From positions 10,315 to 74,314 of IMG/VR virus record IMGVR_UViG_3300010282_000006: a stretch of 64,000 nt of DNA. The stretch is one strand, 5' to 3'. The translations under genes and the position numbers were made by a program. The notes below the pieces were generated by a model. The model did not search any database and was not told where the DNA came from. It saw only the letters and a program-made list of their open reading frames with translations. Positions 35,760 to 45,597 of the stretch are shown here, piece after piece. Every line of letters begins with the position of its first letter. The first letter of the stretch is position 1. The DNA is from a virus. Its lineage: Duplodnaviria; Heunggongvirae; Uroviricota; Caudoviricetes.

Positions 35760-35790
35760 CATGGGGTCGCCTGTTTTTTTTGCGCAGCCT
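35749..35790 (+). terminator. intrinsic terminator (hairpin GGCGATCCC...GGGGTCGCC followed by T8)
   Basis: read from sequence. Confidence 0.55.
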
Positions 35791-35813
35791 GTTTTTTTTG
35801 AGCGGTTCCAAAA

Positions 35814-36311
35814 TCAATTCCGGCATGGAAGAAGAATCGCTGTGAGCGGAGAATCCATGACGCCCGCCTTGGAGTAGACCATCAGTGACGCGACGCTCCC
35901 CACAAACGGCTTCGCGTAACCGAGATAGGCCGTGCAGCCCGTCCCGGCCGACTCCAAGGTCGTGATCAGACGGCGAACGTCGAAGACGCTGCTGATCGTC
36001 GTCCCGTCAAAGCGCTCTGCGGTGAGGGTGATCTTTCCCGGCGTCTTGCGCAGCACTTCCAGCGCCGGAAGATCCTCGACGAGGAAGAAGTCGCATCCCT
36101 CCGCCTCGCGCATCATCTCGTCATACTTGTCCTCGCGCGTTCCCGCCGGCAGTTCGTCCGGCGCTTCCTTGAGCATGACGAGGGTGTATCCGTCCGTCAC
36201 GGCGTAGCGGTCGCCGGAACGGTGGTAGCCGGTAATATGATGCGGATACCTGCGCCACTCTTCCGAGATGAGCCGCTTGAGTGCGGCGAGCTGTTTCTTT
36301 GTGAGCTTCAT
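35814..36311 (-). CDS. hypothetical protein (start trimmed to MKLTKKQ)
   Basis: 165 aa. Confidence 0.4.
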   Translation of the reverse strand: MKLTKKQLAALKRLISEEWRRYPHHITGYHRSGDRYAVTDGYTLVMLKEAPDELPAGTREDKYDEMMREAEGCDFFLVEDLPALEVLRKTPGKITLTAERFDGTTISSVFDVRRLITTLESAGTGCTAYLGYAKPFVGSVASLMVYSKAGVMDSPLTAILLPCRN

Positions 36312-36436
36312 TTTGCTCCTCCTTTGCAAATCATGCGTGCGGCGTATTCCGCAGCGGATTTTTCCTGCGCCTTTTCCACGCAGAGACGGATGATGAGATA
36401 GATAATGCCTGCCATAAACGACATGTTGACACCTCC

Positions 36437-36754
36437 TCAAACCATGTGCTCGGCCATGAAGTTCTCGAAGACGTCCGGCGTCCAGAGTCCGGAGCCGTCA
36501 TCCGCCGCGATGCCGGTTTGTTCCAGCTTCGTCACAAGACTGTCATAGGGGAGGGTATCGACCTCCAAGCCGAAGTGCAGGCACAGCGTCGTCCAGAGCG
36601 CTCGGAGCTGGCTCTGGAAGCCGCAGTCGTTCCAGTCGTCGCGGTGGTACTGGATAAAGATTTTGATGAACTCAAACTCCGCGTCCTGCTGAATCTCCTC
36701 CGCGCGGCGCTCCATCTCCTCGCGCAGCATTTCCTGATCCATGATCTGTTCCAT
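36437..36754 (-). CDS. hypothetical acidic protein
   Basis: 105 aa. Confidence 0.4.
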   Translation of the reverse strand: MEQIMDQEMLREEMERRAEEIQQDAEFEFIKIFIQYHRDDWNDCGFQSQLRALWTTLCLHFGLEVDTLPYDSLVTKLEQTGIAADDGSGLWTPDVFENFMAEHMV

Positions 36755-36773
36755 ATTCAGTCCTCCCGTTTTC

Positions 36774-37616
36774 TCAGTCGTTCCAGTTTTCGTGCTGCGT
36801 CAGGTACACGGCATAGTCGAACTCGGTCTTGCTGACCTTGTAGGACACGGAATCCTTCGCTATGCGATACTCCGTTCTGGGCTTGCTCTCCTTGACGTTC
36901 CAGCGGCTTCCGTACCACGACGTCACGCCCTCCTCCTTTTTCGGCGTCCAGCCGTCCTTGATAAGCGATTCCACAAACGCGCGCTTATTCTGCACGCCAT
37001 ATTCACTCGTGCGGATGAGCTTTTCCATCGCTGCGCGGAGCTTGCCGAAGCGCATGGGGGAGAAATCATCAGCAAATCCGTGGTACTTCGCGCGCTCCAG
37101 CCTGTCCTCCTCGGCCGCCTGACGCGCGCGCTCCGCCTCCTCCGCGCTGCGCTGCTCCTCGCGGACGCGCTGCTCCTCCTCCTTGCGGGCATACCACGCG
37201 GCGCGGTGCTGTGCGTAGACGTCGGCGCGTTCCGGATTCCACTGGCGCACGAACTCGATCCACGCATTGCCGATGAAGCGATTGCTTTCCATCGCCAGAT
37301 TCATCGCGGCGACGAACGCCTCCGGAGACTCGCCGCCAAAGTTCTTGACGCCCTCGGCGTAACGATCATCGGTCATATAGTCGCGGTAGATGCTGCGGTT
37401 CTCAACCTTCAAGCCGTCCGGCACGCCGTCAAAGAAGATGAACGTGTCAAATTGGCGCTCGCCGTACTGGTTGGTTCCATGATCGGCGGCGTAGACCGTT
37501 CCGACGACGGGGAAGACATCGTAGTAGTGGCGGACGACCTTGTTGCCGTCCGCTCCATATTCGAGCACGCGGCGCTTGCTCGTCGGCTGCGCGGACAGTT
37601 CCAGTAACGTTTTCAT
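36774..37616 (-). CDS. hypothetical protein
   Basis: 280 aa. Confidence 0.4.
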   Translation of the reverse strand: MKTLLELSAQPTSKRRVLEYGADGNKVVRHYYDVFPVVGTVYAADHGTNQYGERQFDTFIFFDGVPDGLKVENRSIYRDYMTDDRYAEGVKNFGGESPEAFVAAMNLAMESNRFIGNAWIEFVRQWNPERADVYAQHRAAWYARKEEEQRVREEQRSAEEAERARQAAEEDRLERAKYHGFADDFSPMRFGKLRAAMEKLIRTSEYGVQNKRAFVESLIKDGWTPKKEEGVTSWYGSRWNVKESKPRTEYRIAKDSVSYKVSKTEFDYAVYLTQHENWND

Positions 37617-37626
37617 ATACTCCTCC

Positions 37627-38004
37627 TTATTTGTTGTATGGGTAAGTCAACATCCACAGGTTTTTCACTTCGTCCAGCGTCAGGCGATAGTGCTCGCCCT
37701 GCGGGGCGCGGTCAGTCGTTCCGTCTGATTCGAGACTCAGCCACGCTTCAACGACATCGCCGTTCGCATCCTCGCGCTCGTGCAGCTTCATGCTGAGCAG
37801 AGACGGATGGACGCGGGACGGGTCTTGCGAGAGGTACGAAAAGATAATGCGGTACGCCTCGGCAAGATAGCGCTCATCCAATCCGACGCCGTAAAACAGT
37901 GCGTCCTCCATCTGTTGCAGCGTAAAGGCGTTCGGATGCTTCGCGCTCTCCATGTAGTGCTGAAACACCTTGCCGTTCAATCGCTGCTTTTCTGTTTCTG
38001 TCAT
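37627..38004 (-). CDS. hypothetical protein
   Basis: 125 aa. Confidence 0.4.
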   Translation of the reverse strand: MTETEKQRLNGKVFQHYMESAKHPNAFTLQQMEDALFYGVGLDERYLAEAYRIIFSYLSQDPSRVHPSLLSMKLHEREDANGDVVEAWLSLESDGTTDRAPQGEHYRLTLDEVKNLWMLTYPYNK

Positions 38005-38051
38005 GGCTTGTTCCTCCTTCCTCTTGTACCAGAGAAGAGATCCGTCGGGCG

Positions 38052-38429
38052 CTAACCGGCGGGTATGAATTTTTCCTCCACGCGGATCACGCCGGTCGGA
38101 TTGCGGTCGGTCAGACGTTGCTCAAAATAGCGCAGGCATTCGCTGAGAATGACGCCGCGCTGGAATGCGTTGAGGTCGTCCAAGTCGATTGCCTGAGCGG
38201 TTTCGTCCGTCAGATCGTAACGGTCTGCCACCGTGTCGTCCTCCGGCCTACCATAGACCGTATAAACGGCGCGGAAGCCCTGCGTTCCGCTGAACATGGC
38301 GGCGGCCTGCTCGTCCGAAAGTTTGTAAAGCCTTTGGAAATAGGCGTGGTCGTCAATGGTAAACTGAACTACTCTCACTCCACGCCCATCTCCTTCGCAA
38401 AATTGTCGATCTGTTCCGCCGTCAACCAC
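38052..38429 (-). CDS. hypothetical protein
   Basis: 125 aa. Confidence 0.4.
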   Translation of the reverse strand: MVDGGTDRQFCEGDGRGVRVVQFTIDDHAYFQRLYKLSDEQAAAMFSGTQGFRAVYTVYGRPEDDTVADRYDLTDETAQAIDLDDLNAFQRGVILSECLRYFEQRLTDRNPTGVIRVEEKFIPAG

Positions 38430-38950
38430 TCCGGCTTTTCCGGCAGAATCGCGTAGACCGCACGCATCAGCTCGATCTGCGTCTTTTCATCGTGCGTCCA
38501 GAGATGCTTCGTGTGCCGGCTGCGTCCGTCGTTGCCGAGGAAGTAGCTGCAATCAGAACGGAGACGGTCGAGAAACATGTAGTAGAAGCGCGAGCTGTAT
38601 GAGGTGATGTCGAAACGCCGCAGGACGGCCACCGCATCTTCGTACTCGCGCGCTCTGAGGTTCCGGCAAAGCTGCGCATCGCGCAAGCCTTCGCGCATCC
38701 ATTCCAGCCAGTCCGCCGCATCCACGGGCGGACGCAAATTGTAGGCGACGACACAGATCGCGCCGTAGGTCGCACCGATGTTGTTGACACCGTAGTCGCC
38801 GAAGTCCGGCAGCGCAGCGCCGCACTCGCGGGCAAATCGCTGGCAGCCCTCTTTTCCGCCGTAAAACATCCCATCCGTGCAGAGATGAGCGGCAGCGCGC
38901 GCTGTGGTGGACATCCAGTTATTGAATCTCTCGGAAATATTCTGTTCCAT
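38375..38950 (-). CDS. hypothetical protein (start trimmed)
   Basis: 191 aa. Confidence 0.4.
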   Translation of the reverse strand: MEQNISERFNNWMSTTARAAAHLCTDGMFYGGKEGCQRFARECGAALPDFGDYGVNNIGATYGAICVVAYNLRPPVDAADWLEWMREGLRDAQLCRNLRAREYEDAVAVLRRFDITSYSSRFYYMFLDRLRSDCSYFLGNDGRSRHTKHLWTHDEKTQIELMRAVYAILPEKPEWLTAEQIDNFAKEMGVE

Positions 38951-38954
38951 TTTT

Positions 38955-39245
38955 TTACTCCTTTCCCTCATAGCGGAACGCATACGGTGTGCCGACGCGG
39001 TACGGATAGAGACAAAACCAGTCGTCGCCGTCGATGTTCAAGGCGTGCTTGCTTCCGTCCTTCCGAATGACCACGCGCGGAGACTCGCGGAAGAGCTCGT
39101 CGAGCTGCGGCGCGTTGTACCGGCAGGCGTTTTCCAGCAGCGTGATGATGAACGACGCACTCGTCTCTTTCATTTTGACTTTTACGAAGCCTCCAAAAAT
39201 ACCGGGTTCGTCGCTTTCCCATTTGTAGATGCCGGTTTTTAGCAT
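38955..39245 (-). CDS. hypothetical protein (start trimmed)
   Basis: 96 aa. Confidence 0.4.
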   Translation of the reverse strand: MLKTGIYKWESDEPGIFGGFVKVKMKETSASFIITLLENACRYNAPQLDELFRESPRVVIRKDGSKHALNIDGDDWFCLYPYRVGTPYAFRYEGKE

Positions 39246-39329
39246 AATGTTTCCTCCTTCGATTTTGCGCTTCTTACGCCCATATAAGAGAAAAAGGAGC
39301 GCAAGTGCTAACCTGCGCTCCAAATTTTC

Positions 39330-41273
39330 TTACGCGGTGAGGAGAGGCATAGTCGATGCGGGGGAGATGATGTAGTTCTGCGGCGCGCGCATGACCTCCT
39401 CGTACTCCTCGCGGCCTTGGAACTCATCGACCACGGCGCGGGATTCCGCGTCCATATCGTTGTAGTGCTTCTTTCCATAATCCGGCGGGAGCCACTGGCG
39501 GCTGCGCGCTGCAAAGATGTTGAGGCGGTCAATCAGGCGCTTCGCGTCGTCGTCAAACTTGATGTGGCAGGTTCCCTTCTTGTAGAACGTGGCGGTGAAG
39601 TATTTGAAGTTCATCGTCGTGCGCTGGCACTGTTCCGCAACATGCGCCACGGTGTAGGGGTCGATGGAGGAGCCGGTTTCGCCGCGATCCAGATAGTTCA
39701 AAGCGCGTTCGATGTCCGCGATTTTGCCGGAGAACTCGCGCGCTTCCAATTTCTTCTTGCCGTCATATTTCGTGTAGAATCCGTTGATGGGGAGAATGAC
39801 CTTCATACCGACCTTGTGCGCCTTATTCGTCGCCCACCCACTATAGTAGTGGATGTTCTTGGCGCATTCCGGATACCATGCGTGTTCGGCGGACAGCTCA
39901 TCGAAGAGCTTGTAGATCGCATCCTCCACGCCACGCGAGAGACGCGCGGAGATTTCCAGCATGACCTGCTGAATGTTGTAACGCGAGAAGTCGTAGTCCT
40001 TCATCTCGCTGATTTTGTTGTAATACTCATTATGGAGATCGGAGGTCATCTTTTCCGTCAGTTCGCGGCGGGAAAGCAGCAGATTCCAATACCTTGAGCG
40101 CAAACCGCGCAGATAGGAGTTGATCGTGTCGCTCGTCGCATGGTCGCACTTGTGGTCGTTCACGGAGAGCTGGATGAGCGGCTGGCTGTAAGTATCGGAG
40201 CCGTTCATAATGTACGGCGCAAGCGCGTTATACTCGCGCATGAGAGCGACGCCGGCCTTTGCCTCCATGTTGTAGCCGGAAACAAGCTGATCCATCCAGT
40301 CACCGGCGACCAGATCGGTGACTCCTGCGCTGCGTTCCTCCTCCATCTCAGCGGCGCGTTTGAGACCTTCCAGAATGTTCGACTTACGTTCCGGCTCCGG
40401 AATCCTCAGATAGACGATTGCGACCTCGACGTCGCTCTGACGCTCGGCATGTGAGAAAGCACCGGAAACAAACTCAATCTTGGCCTCGTAACGGGCGAGT
40501 TGCTCCTGCAGCACCTTCCGTCGCTGCGTGTACGGGTTGCGGATGGTCTCTGCATTGAGCAGAGATACGATTTGTCCGCCCGCGTCCTTCTGCATGGAGA
40601 TCGCCTTGAGTAGGTGTTCGTCTCCATTGGAAAACGGCGGATTCATCAGGATCACGTCGTAGTGCTTCATGGTGAAGTAGGTGAGAAAGTCGTCCGACAC
40701 GACACGATAGCCCTTGCCTTTGAGGATCATCTGAAGATTGGCGTCGCGTTCGATGCAGTCCACTCGTTCCATAAAGAAATCGTCCCGATAGTTCCCGTGC
40801 TTGTGGTTGAAGCACTTGAGCGCACAGGAAATCAAGTCGCCCTTTCCGGCGGACGGTTCCAACATTGTATCCGCGTACCGCCAGTCGATCAGATTGACCA
40901 TGCGACCGGCAAGCGCCGTCGGTGTCGGAAAAAACTCTGCATCAGGGGAGGCTGGAAGTGCTCGGACATCCGCGTGCAGCACTTCTGCTCTGTGCTCTGC
41001 ATACCAGTCAGCGAAAATTCTCTTGCCCTCTGCGACGGTTTTGCAGCGACCGATGGGGTTTGTGCGAAAATAGTTGCCGGTGCGCTCGGTGTAGTATTCC
41101 ACATCCATCGGCTTATCCTTATTCCAATGCTCGACCGCAGGCGTGCCGTCCATATAGAAGATCCCGCGAATCACGCCGACCGGCTGCGCGTCCTTGTGGA
41201 TGATGACGCTGCGCTGATAGGCCGGTTTCTCCCATCTGGTACAGCGCTCGGTTTTTTCGGTGTAGTAAAACAT
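39330..41273 (-). CDS. N6-adenine DNA methyltransferase, gamma-class (FPTP motif X, EPSAGKG motif I, NPPF motif IV) with ~400-aa C-terminal domain of unknown function
   Basis: 648 aa after trimming to RBS-preceded MFYYTEK. Confidence 0.75.
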   Translation of the reverse strand: MFYYTEKTERCTRWEKPAYQRSVIIHKDAQPVGVIRGIFYMDGTPAVEHWNKDKPMDVEYYTERTGNYFRTNPIGRCKTVAEGKRIFADWYAEHRAEVLHADVRALPASPDAEFFPTPTALAGRMVNLIDWRYADTMLEPSAGKGDLISCALKCFNHKHGNYRDDFFMERVDCIERDANLQMILKGKGYRVVSDDFLTYFTMKHYDVILMNPPFSNGDEHLLKAISMQKDAGGQIVSLLNAETIRNPYTQRRKVLQEQLARYEAKIEFVSGAFSHAERQSDVEVAIVYLRIPEPERKSNILEGLKRAAEMEEERSAGVTDLVAGDWMDQLVSGYNMEAKAGVALMREYNALAPYIMNGSDTYSQPLIQLSVNDHKCDHATSDTINSYLRGLRSRYWNLLLSRRELTEKMTSDLHNEYYNKISEMKDYDFSRYNIQQVMLEISARLSRGVEDAIYKLFDELSAEHAWYPECAKNIHYYSGWATNKAHKVGMKVILPINGFYTKYDGKKKLEAREFSGKIADIERALNYLDRGETGSSIDPYTVAHVAEQCQRTTMNFKYFTATFYKKGTCHIKFDDDAKRLIDRLNIFAARSRQWLPPDYGKKHYNDMDAESRAVVDEFQGREEYEEVMRAPQNYIISPASTMPLLTA

Positions 41274-41552
41274 TCCGTTCCTCCTTTTCAAATTTGCTGC
41301 TTGCACTCTTACCAGAGAACGATTTGTGAATTTGCTAACTGAACAAAAAAAGACGCCGGATTGCTCCGGCGTCTCACAATTTACAGCAGCTCTACACAGG
41401 TCAGATAGTCATATTCGTCTCCATCAACGGATACGGTGTCGCCGCTCTCAAAGAGGTTTTGCAGCCACTCGTCGTATGCCTCCGGGCTTCCGGCGTTCCA
41501 GCGCTTTTCGTCCAGCCACTCACGGAGCGCGCGGACGCTGGAGAACGTGTAG

Positions 41553-41891
41553 TTAAACACAGCCGTCAGCCTCCGTCATCTTGTGGTAGGTGTGCTCCTG
41601 CGGCTCGTCGTCAAACGTGACGTGCAGCGTACAGCCGTGCATATTCGAGCCGAACCAGTTGTTGAGAAACAGCGTCGCAACATTGACCAGATTGCGCCGC
41701 GCGTAACGGTTGTCGAGAAGCTGCGCAAGATCGGGTCGTCCGTCGAACTTGACGCTGACATACTCGCCGCTTCCATAATGCGGCTTGTTGGGATCGGGGT
41801 CGAGTCGGGTGAAGGTGAGCTTTTGGGTGAAGCTCTTGCCATCGCAGACGCCGGAAACCTCGGCGACGATCATACGCGGATTCTTTTCCAT
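41553..41891 (-). CDS. hypothetical protein
   Basis: 112 aa. Confidence 0.4.
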   Translation of the reverse strand: MEKNPRMIVAEVSGVCDGKSFTQKLTFTRLDPDPNKPHYGSGEYVSVKFDGRPDLAQLLDNRYARRNLVNVATLFLNNWFGSNMHGCTLHVTFDDEPQEHTYHKMTEADGCV

Positions 41892-41906
41892 ATTGCGCTC
41901 CTTTCG

Positions 41907-42539
41907 TTAGTTGGCAAGCACCAAGATCGAAGAGTCAAGAGTCAAAAACGGGCGAACGCCGCTGCTGCAGCCGCAGCCATACCAGTTCAGAATGCCATCG
42001 GAGTTGACGAAGCAGACGAGGCGAGCGTAACCGTTACTAGGCGTGGATGCGGGCGTGATTGTCCACCACCAGCTTTCATAGCTGCTGTTCAGTCCGAGCG
42101 TCTTGTGGTACTTCGCATACTCGGCGGCGGTGAGCAGGCTGACGGAATCCGCACACTTCCCATAGTCATCGAGGCCATCCAGCGACGTCAAATCACGCTC
42201 CATCGAGATAATGTTCTCGACGCCGACGATTGCTGAGAGCTTCCGGAAATACTCGTCGTTCAGCTTGTCGCGGATGGGGGATTCCCTCCAGTCGGAGCAG
42301 TCGCCGAACTCCTCGCCGCTGTACGGGAAGCCCTCGGAGATGACGCGCGTGCCGTTCTCGGTCTGTTCCAGCACGATGAACGTCTCGTCGCCGATGGAGA
42401 AGGTCTCGCCGGGTGAGAGGGTGGAAAGCGGCACCTTGCGCTCTTCAAGCAGCGGCGCGAGCGCTGCGGCATCCGACACCTCGATGATGAGCTTGTTGCC
42501 CTCGACAGTCACGACGCTCTTGTCAAATTCCAGTTTCAT
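41907..42539 (-). CDS. DGR target protein 2 (remote), paralog of target 1
   Basis: 210 aa; C-terminal ...WWWTITPASTPSNGYARLVCFVNSDGILNWYGCGCSSGVRPF encoded by VR2. Confidence 0.8.
   Translation of the reverse strand: MKLEFDKSVVTVEGNKLIIEVSDAAALAPLLEERKVPLSTLSPGETFSIGDETFIVLEQTENGTRVISEGFPYSGEEFGDCSDWRESPIRDKLNDEYFRKLSAIVGVENIISMERDLTSLDGLDDYGKCADSVSLLTAAEYAKYHKTLGLNSSYESWWWTITPASTPSNGYARLVCFVNSDGILNWYGCGCSSGVRPFLTLDSSILVLAN
41947..42026 (-). repeat. DGR variable region VR2
   Basis: 12 mismatches to TR over 80 nt, all at TR adenines. Confidence 0.8.
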
Positions 42540-42622
42540 GTAATGTTGTCCTCCTTTTCTGTCGTTGTGTTGTTACATGAGAAGAGCGGGCGGCATTGCT
42601 AACCGCCCGCTCCGTTTTCCCG

Positions 42623-43558
42623 TTACACCTTGGCAGCGAGCAGCTCCGCCATCTTGTCCATCATGGCGTGGCCGTCCATGATCCTGCCCCAGTTGTTCTC
42701 GCGGTAGTTCGCCGTCTGACGGCGCGGCGCGTTGTGGGATACCATATCGCTCATGGCGTTGATCGCACCCCACGCCGTTCCACGGAACTTGATGAGATCG
42801 GGCGCGAACCAGCAGACCATGTACTCGTCCTTGATCGCCTTGACGTTGTTCTTCTCACGGTCGCTCGCGTCCTCCTTGAGCGGGAACATCTCAGAGAGAA
42901 TCTTCTGAATCTCATCCTCGCTGACGTTCGTGTTGGCGAGCTGATCGGCGTAGACGCCGAGCCGCTCCATATACTTGCCGGCCATGTCGAGGCAGCGATG
43001 CGCCTCCGCGAGCTTCATCTGAAGGTCGCCGGTGTGACGCGCCGCCCACGTCCGCTTTGCGCCGTGCAGGGCAAGGTTGAGCGTGTTGTTGCAGACCACG
43101 CGAATCGGCGTCATGCAGACGCGAATCGCTCCGCCGCCGTCGTGGGAGTTGGTGAAGCACAGGTACGGCTCCGTCTTGTCGCCGACGATCTCCGTGTCGG
43201 GGAGCTTTGCCAGCAGCCAGATCTTCCGGCCTCCGCTCAGGCTGCCCGCCGTCTCATAGCGGACGTCGCCGCCGATGAGATTGTCCGTGAACGCGAAGGC
43301 GTCCGCATTCTGACAGACCTTGTAGCGGTCGGAAACGACGCCCAAGACCGTGCCGTCCGAGGAGCGGACGTTCGCCTTGAAGCCCGGAATCTTGCTGCCG
43401 CCGCAGACCTGCATCTCCTTCTGATTGACATTCCAGTCGAGACCGGCCAGCCTGAGCGCGTCCGCGCTCGTCGGGGCCTCGGCGACCTCCGTGCCGAGAC
43501 CGTGCCACGGCTTCTCACGAACGTACATCATGGTTTCCACATTAGCAGACATTTTCAA
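42623..43558 (-). CDS. hypothetical protein (possibly DUF932-type phage/plasmid protein; recollection only)
   Basis: 311 aa. Confidence 0.4.
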   Translation of the reverse strand: MKMSANVETMMYVREKPWHGLGTEVAEAPTSADALRLAGLDWNVNQKEMQVCGGSKIPGFKANVRSSDGTVLGVVSDRYKVCQNADAFAFTDNLIGGDVRYETAGSLSGGRKIWLLAKLPDTEIVGDKTEPYLCFTNSHDGGGAIRVCMTPIRVVCNNTLNLALHGAKRTWAARHTGDLQMKLAEAHRCLDMAGKYMERLGVYADQLANTNVSEDEIQKILSEMFPLKEDASDREKNNVKAIKDEYMVCWFAPDLIKFRGTAWGAINAMSDMVSHNAPRRQTANYRENNWGRIMDGHAMMDKMAELLAAKV

Positions 43559-43628
43559 GTCCTCCTTATATTTTGTTTGTTGTTGGTTTGTTGCTTACAC
43601 TCTTACAAGAGAACGGATGTGGGATTTG

Positions 43629-43898
43629 CTAACCGAGTGTTGATTTTTTCTCGTCCGGCATATCAACGCTTTCCGCGATGACCTCTTCCCAGCTCGTGAT
43701 GATCTGGTTCCAGTGCTCGATTGCCTTCTCCCGCGTGGGACTGCCGCGCAGATTGAAGCGGCCTTCGTCGCAGCGAGAACACACAACGCGCCACGCCGTC
43801 ATTTTCCCTTTGCCGAGAAATCCGAATTTGAGCGATATGAACGATTCCAAACGCGGCGCAGCGCCACAATAACAGCGCTTCATATCAATCTGCCCCAT
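43629..43898 (-). CDS. Lar-family restriction-alleviation-like zinc-finger protein
   Basis: CYCG...CSRCDEG...EKAIEHWN pattern. Confidence 0.45.
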   Translation of the reverse strand: MGQIDMKRCYCGAAPRLESFISLKFGFLGKGKMTAWRVVCSRCDEGRFNLRGSPTREKAIEHWNQIITSWEEVIAESVDMPDEKKSTLG

Positions 43899-43901
43899 CG
43901 C

Positions 43902-44147
43902 TTACTCATCCCACAGAGAATCCCGATAAAGGAAGATCGCCGTCAGGCTCATCTCGACGTCGGACGCCGCTCCGGTTTCGTCGGTTTCGCCGTTGACATT
44001 TTCAATCACGACGGTTCCGTTATCGCGGTCGATGCTTTTTACCGTTCCTGAGTTGATGCCGCCGCCTTTGGTGTCAGAGAAAAGAATGTAATCCCCAACA
44101 GTAAGCAAATTGATTGCCTCCGCCTGATGCTCATACGGATAAACCAT
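43902..44147 (-). CDS. hypothetical protein
   Basis: 81 aa. Confidence 0.35.
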   Translation of the reverse strand: MVYPYEHQAEAINLLTVGDYILFSDTKGGGINSGTVKSIDRDNGTVVIENVNGETDETGAASDVEMSLTAIFLYRDSLWDE

Positions 44148-44150
44148 TGT

Positions 44151-44582
44151 TCAGTCCTCCCTGCAAAGTTCTTCGACCTCTGCGCGCTTCCAGCCGTTTT
44201 CGTCGCAGACCTGCCAGTCATCTTCCGTGAAGTCGGCCAGTCCGACGCTGCTCTCATAGTCCATGATGGCATAGGGAAGTCCCTCGTCACGCCACATCCA
44301 GTTTAGCTCGCCATAGGCGTTGAAGTAATTCTCCTTCGCCTGCGCGATACGGTTGCGGAGCGTGAACGCGGTGTCCAAGACAATGCGCTGCACCGTCCAG
44401 TCCGCTCCAAGCGTCGCCGTACCTCTCCGGTCGAACTCGTCGCGAACTTCGACGGTGTAAATCGGGTTCCCTGCTCCGTCCGTCAGGTTTTGCTTCATGT
44501 CTGCGGTGTTGAATTTGTAGAGTCTTCCGTCGTGCGAAAAGAGCACTTCGAGATCGTTGATTCCTTTTGTGATTTCCGTCAT
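44151..44582 (-). CDS. hypothetical protein
   Basis: 143 aa. Confidence 0.4.
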   Translation of the reverse strand: MTEITKGINDLEVLFSHDGRLYKFNTADMKQNLTDGAGNPIYTVEVRDEFDRRGTATLGADWTVQRIVLDTAFTLRNRIAQAKENYFNAYGELNWMWRDEGLPYAIMDYESSVGLADFTEDDWQVCDENGWKRAEVEELCRED

Positions 44583-44627
44583 TTGATGTCACCTCCTGTT
44601 GATATATGAGACGTTTTCTGTGATTTG

Positions 44628-45077
44628 CTAACCTCTCTCGCGCGTCTTCCAGATGTTTTCCACGGAGAAGCTGTAACGGATGAAGTCGTCCACCAGACTG
44701 ACGACCACAAAGTCCGCGAGTTTCAGCGCTTCCGCCAGAAGTCTCGCCTCGGCCTTGTTCATCGTCGTGATCGCCTTGACGTCCAGCCGGATTGTGGCAT
44801 TCCGTTCCTCGCGCACAGGCTCGCTCTCCGTTATCTGATGCGCTTCGGCACAGACAGACATCAAATCCGTTACGGCGTCCTTGAGCGCGGCGTACCGGCG
44901 CAGCTTGTCCGTATCGACGTCCTTGCCGCAAAAATTCTCGTTGAGATCGTAAAGAACGCCGATTTCCTTCGACGTCAACTCGTTAATGGGCTTGCGGCGA
45001 AGCTCCTGCTCATAGGCAAGCTCCGCCTCGGCCTGTTCCGCCTCCCGTTCCGCGCGATATTTAATAAAATCTACCAT
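44628..45077 (-). CDS. hypothetical protein
   Basis: 149 aa. Confidence 0.4.
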   Translation of the reverse strand: MVDFIKYRAEREAEQAEAELAYEQELRRKPINELTSKEIGVLYDLNENFCGKDVDTDKLRRYAALKDAVTDLMSVCAEAHQITESEPVREERNATIRLDVKAITTMNKAEARLLAEALKLADFVVVSLVDDFIRYSFSVENIWKTRERG

Positions 45078-45141
45078 TTTGCCTCCTTATTCCACATCCC
45101 ACTGACAGATATAGTATCGCGTTGGATAAGCTGATACCTCC

Positions 45142-45597
45142 TCACCAAATTTTCTCCCATGCCGGATCGCTGGCGATTGCGTTGATTTCGCGATCTTGCC
45201 GTGCGACGTCATCCAGCTCTCCTTCGTCTGGAAAAGCCGACACATCCAGATCGTAAACATCGCATCCGACGCGCTCGCCGTCCGTATAGACGCTTTGCAC
45301 CATGCCGCCTTCGACGCAAATGGCAACAGAGACGCAGGGCAATTCGATTTCGCACTCCTCGATCATCCAACCCTTTTCATCTCCGTAATCCTTGATTTTC
45401 GCCACACCCGTATCTTCCAGCCCATAACAGTTGTGGTCGTCCGTCTGTTCGCTCGTATCGAAATTCCACAGCCGCAGCGTCTCCTCGTAGTCGGCGCGCA
45501 GCGCCTCACGCGCGGCTTCCTTGGTTGTGAACGATTTGCAGGATGCAAGAATCTCGCATTCCACGCAGCCGGCACAAATCAGATTGTAGATTTTCAT
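45142..45597 (-). CDS. hypothetical acidic Cys-containing protein
   Basis: 151 aa. Confidence 0.4.
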   Translation of the reverse strand: MKIYNLICAGCVECEILASCKSFTTKEAAREALRADYEETLRLWNFDTSEQTDDHNCYGLEDTGVAKIKDYGDEKGWMIEECEIELPCVSVAICVEGGMVQSVYTDGERVGCDVYDLDVSAFPDEGELDDVARQDREINAIASDPAWEKIW

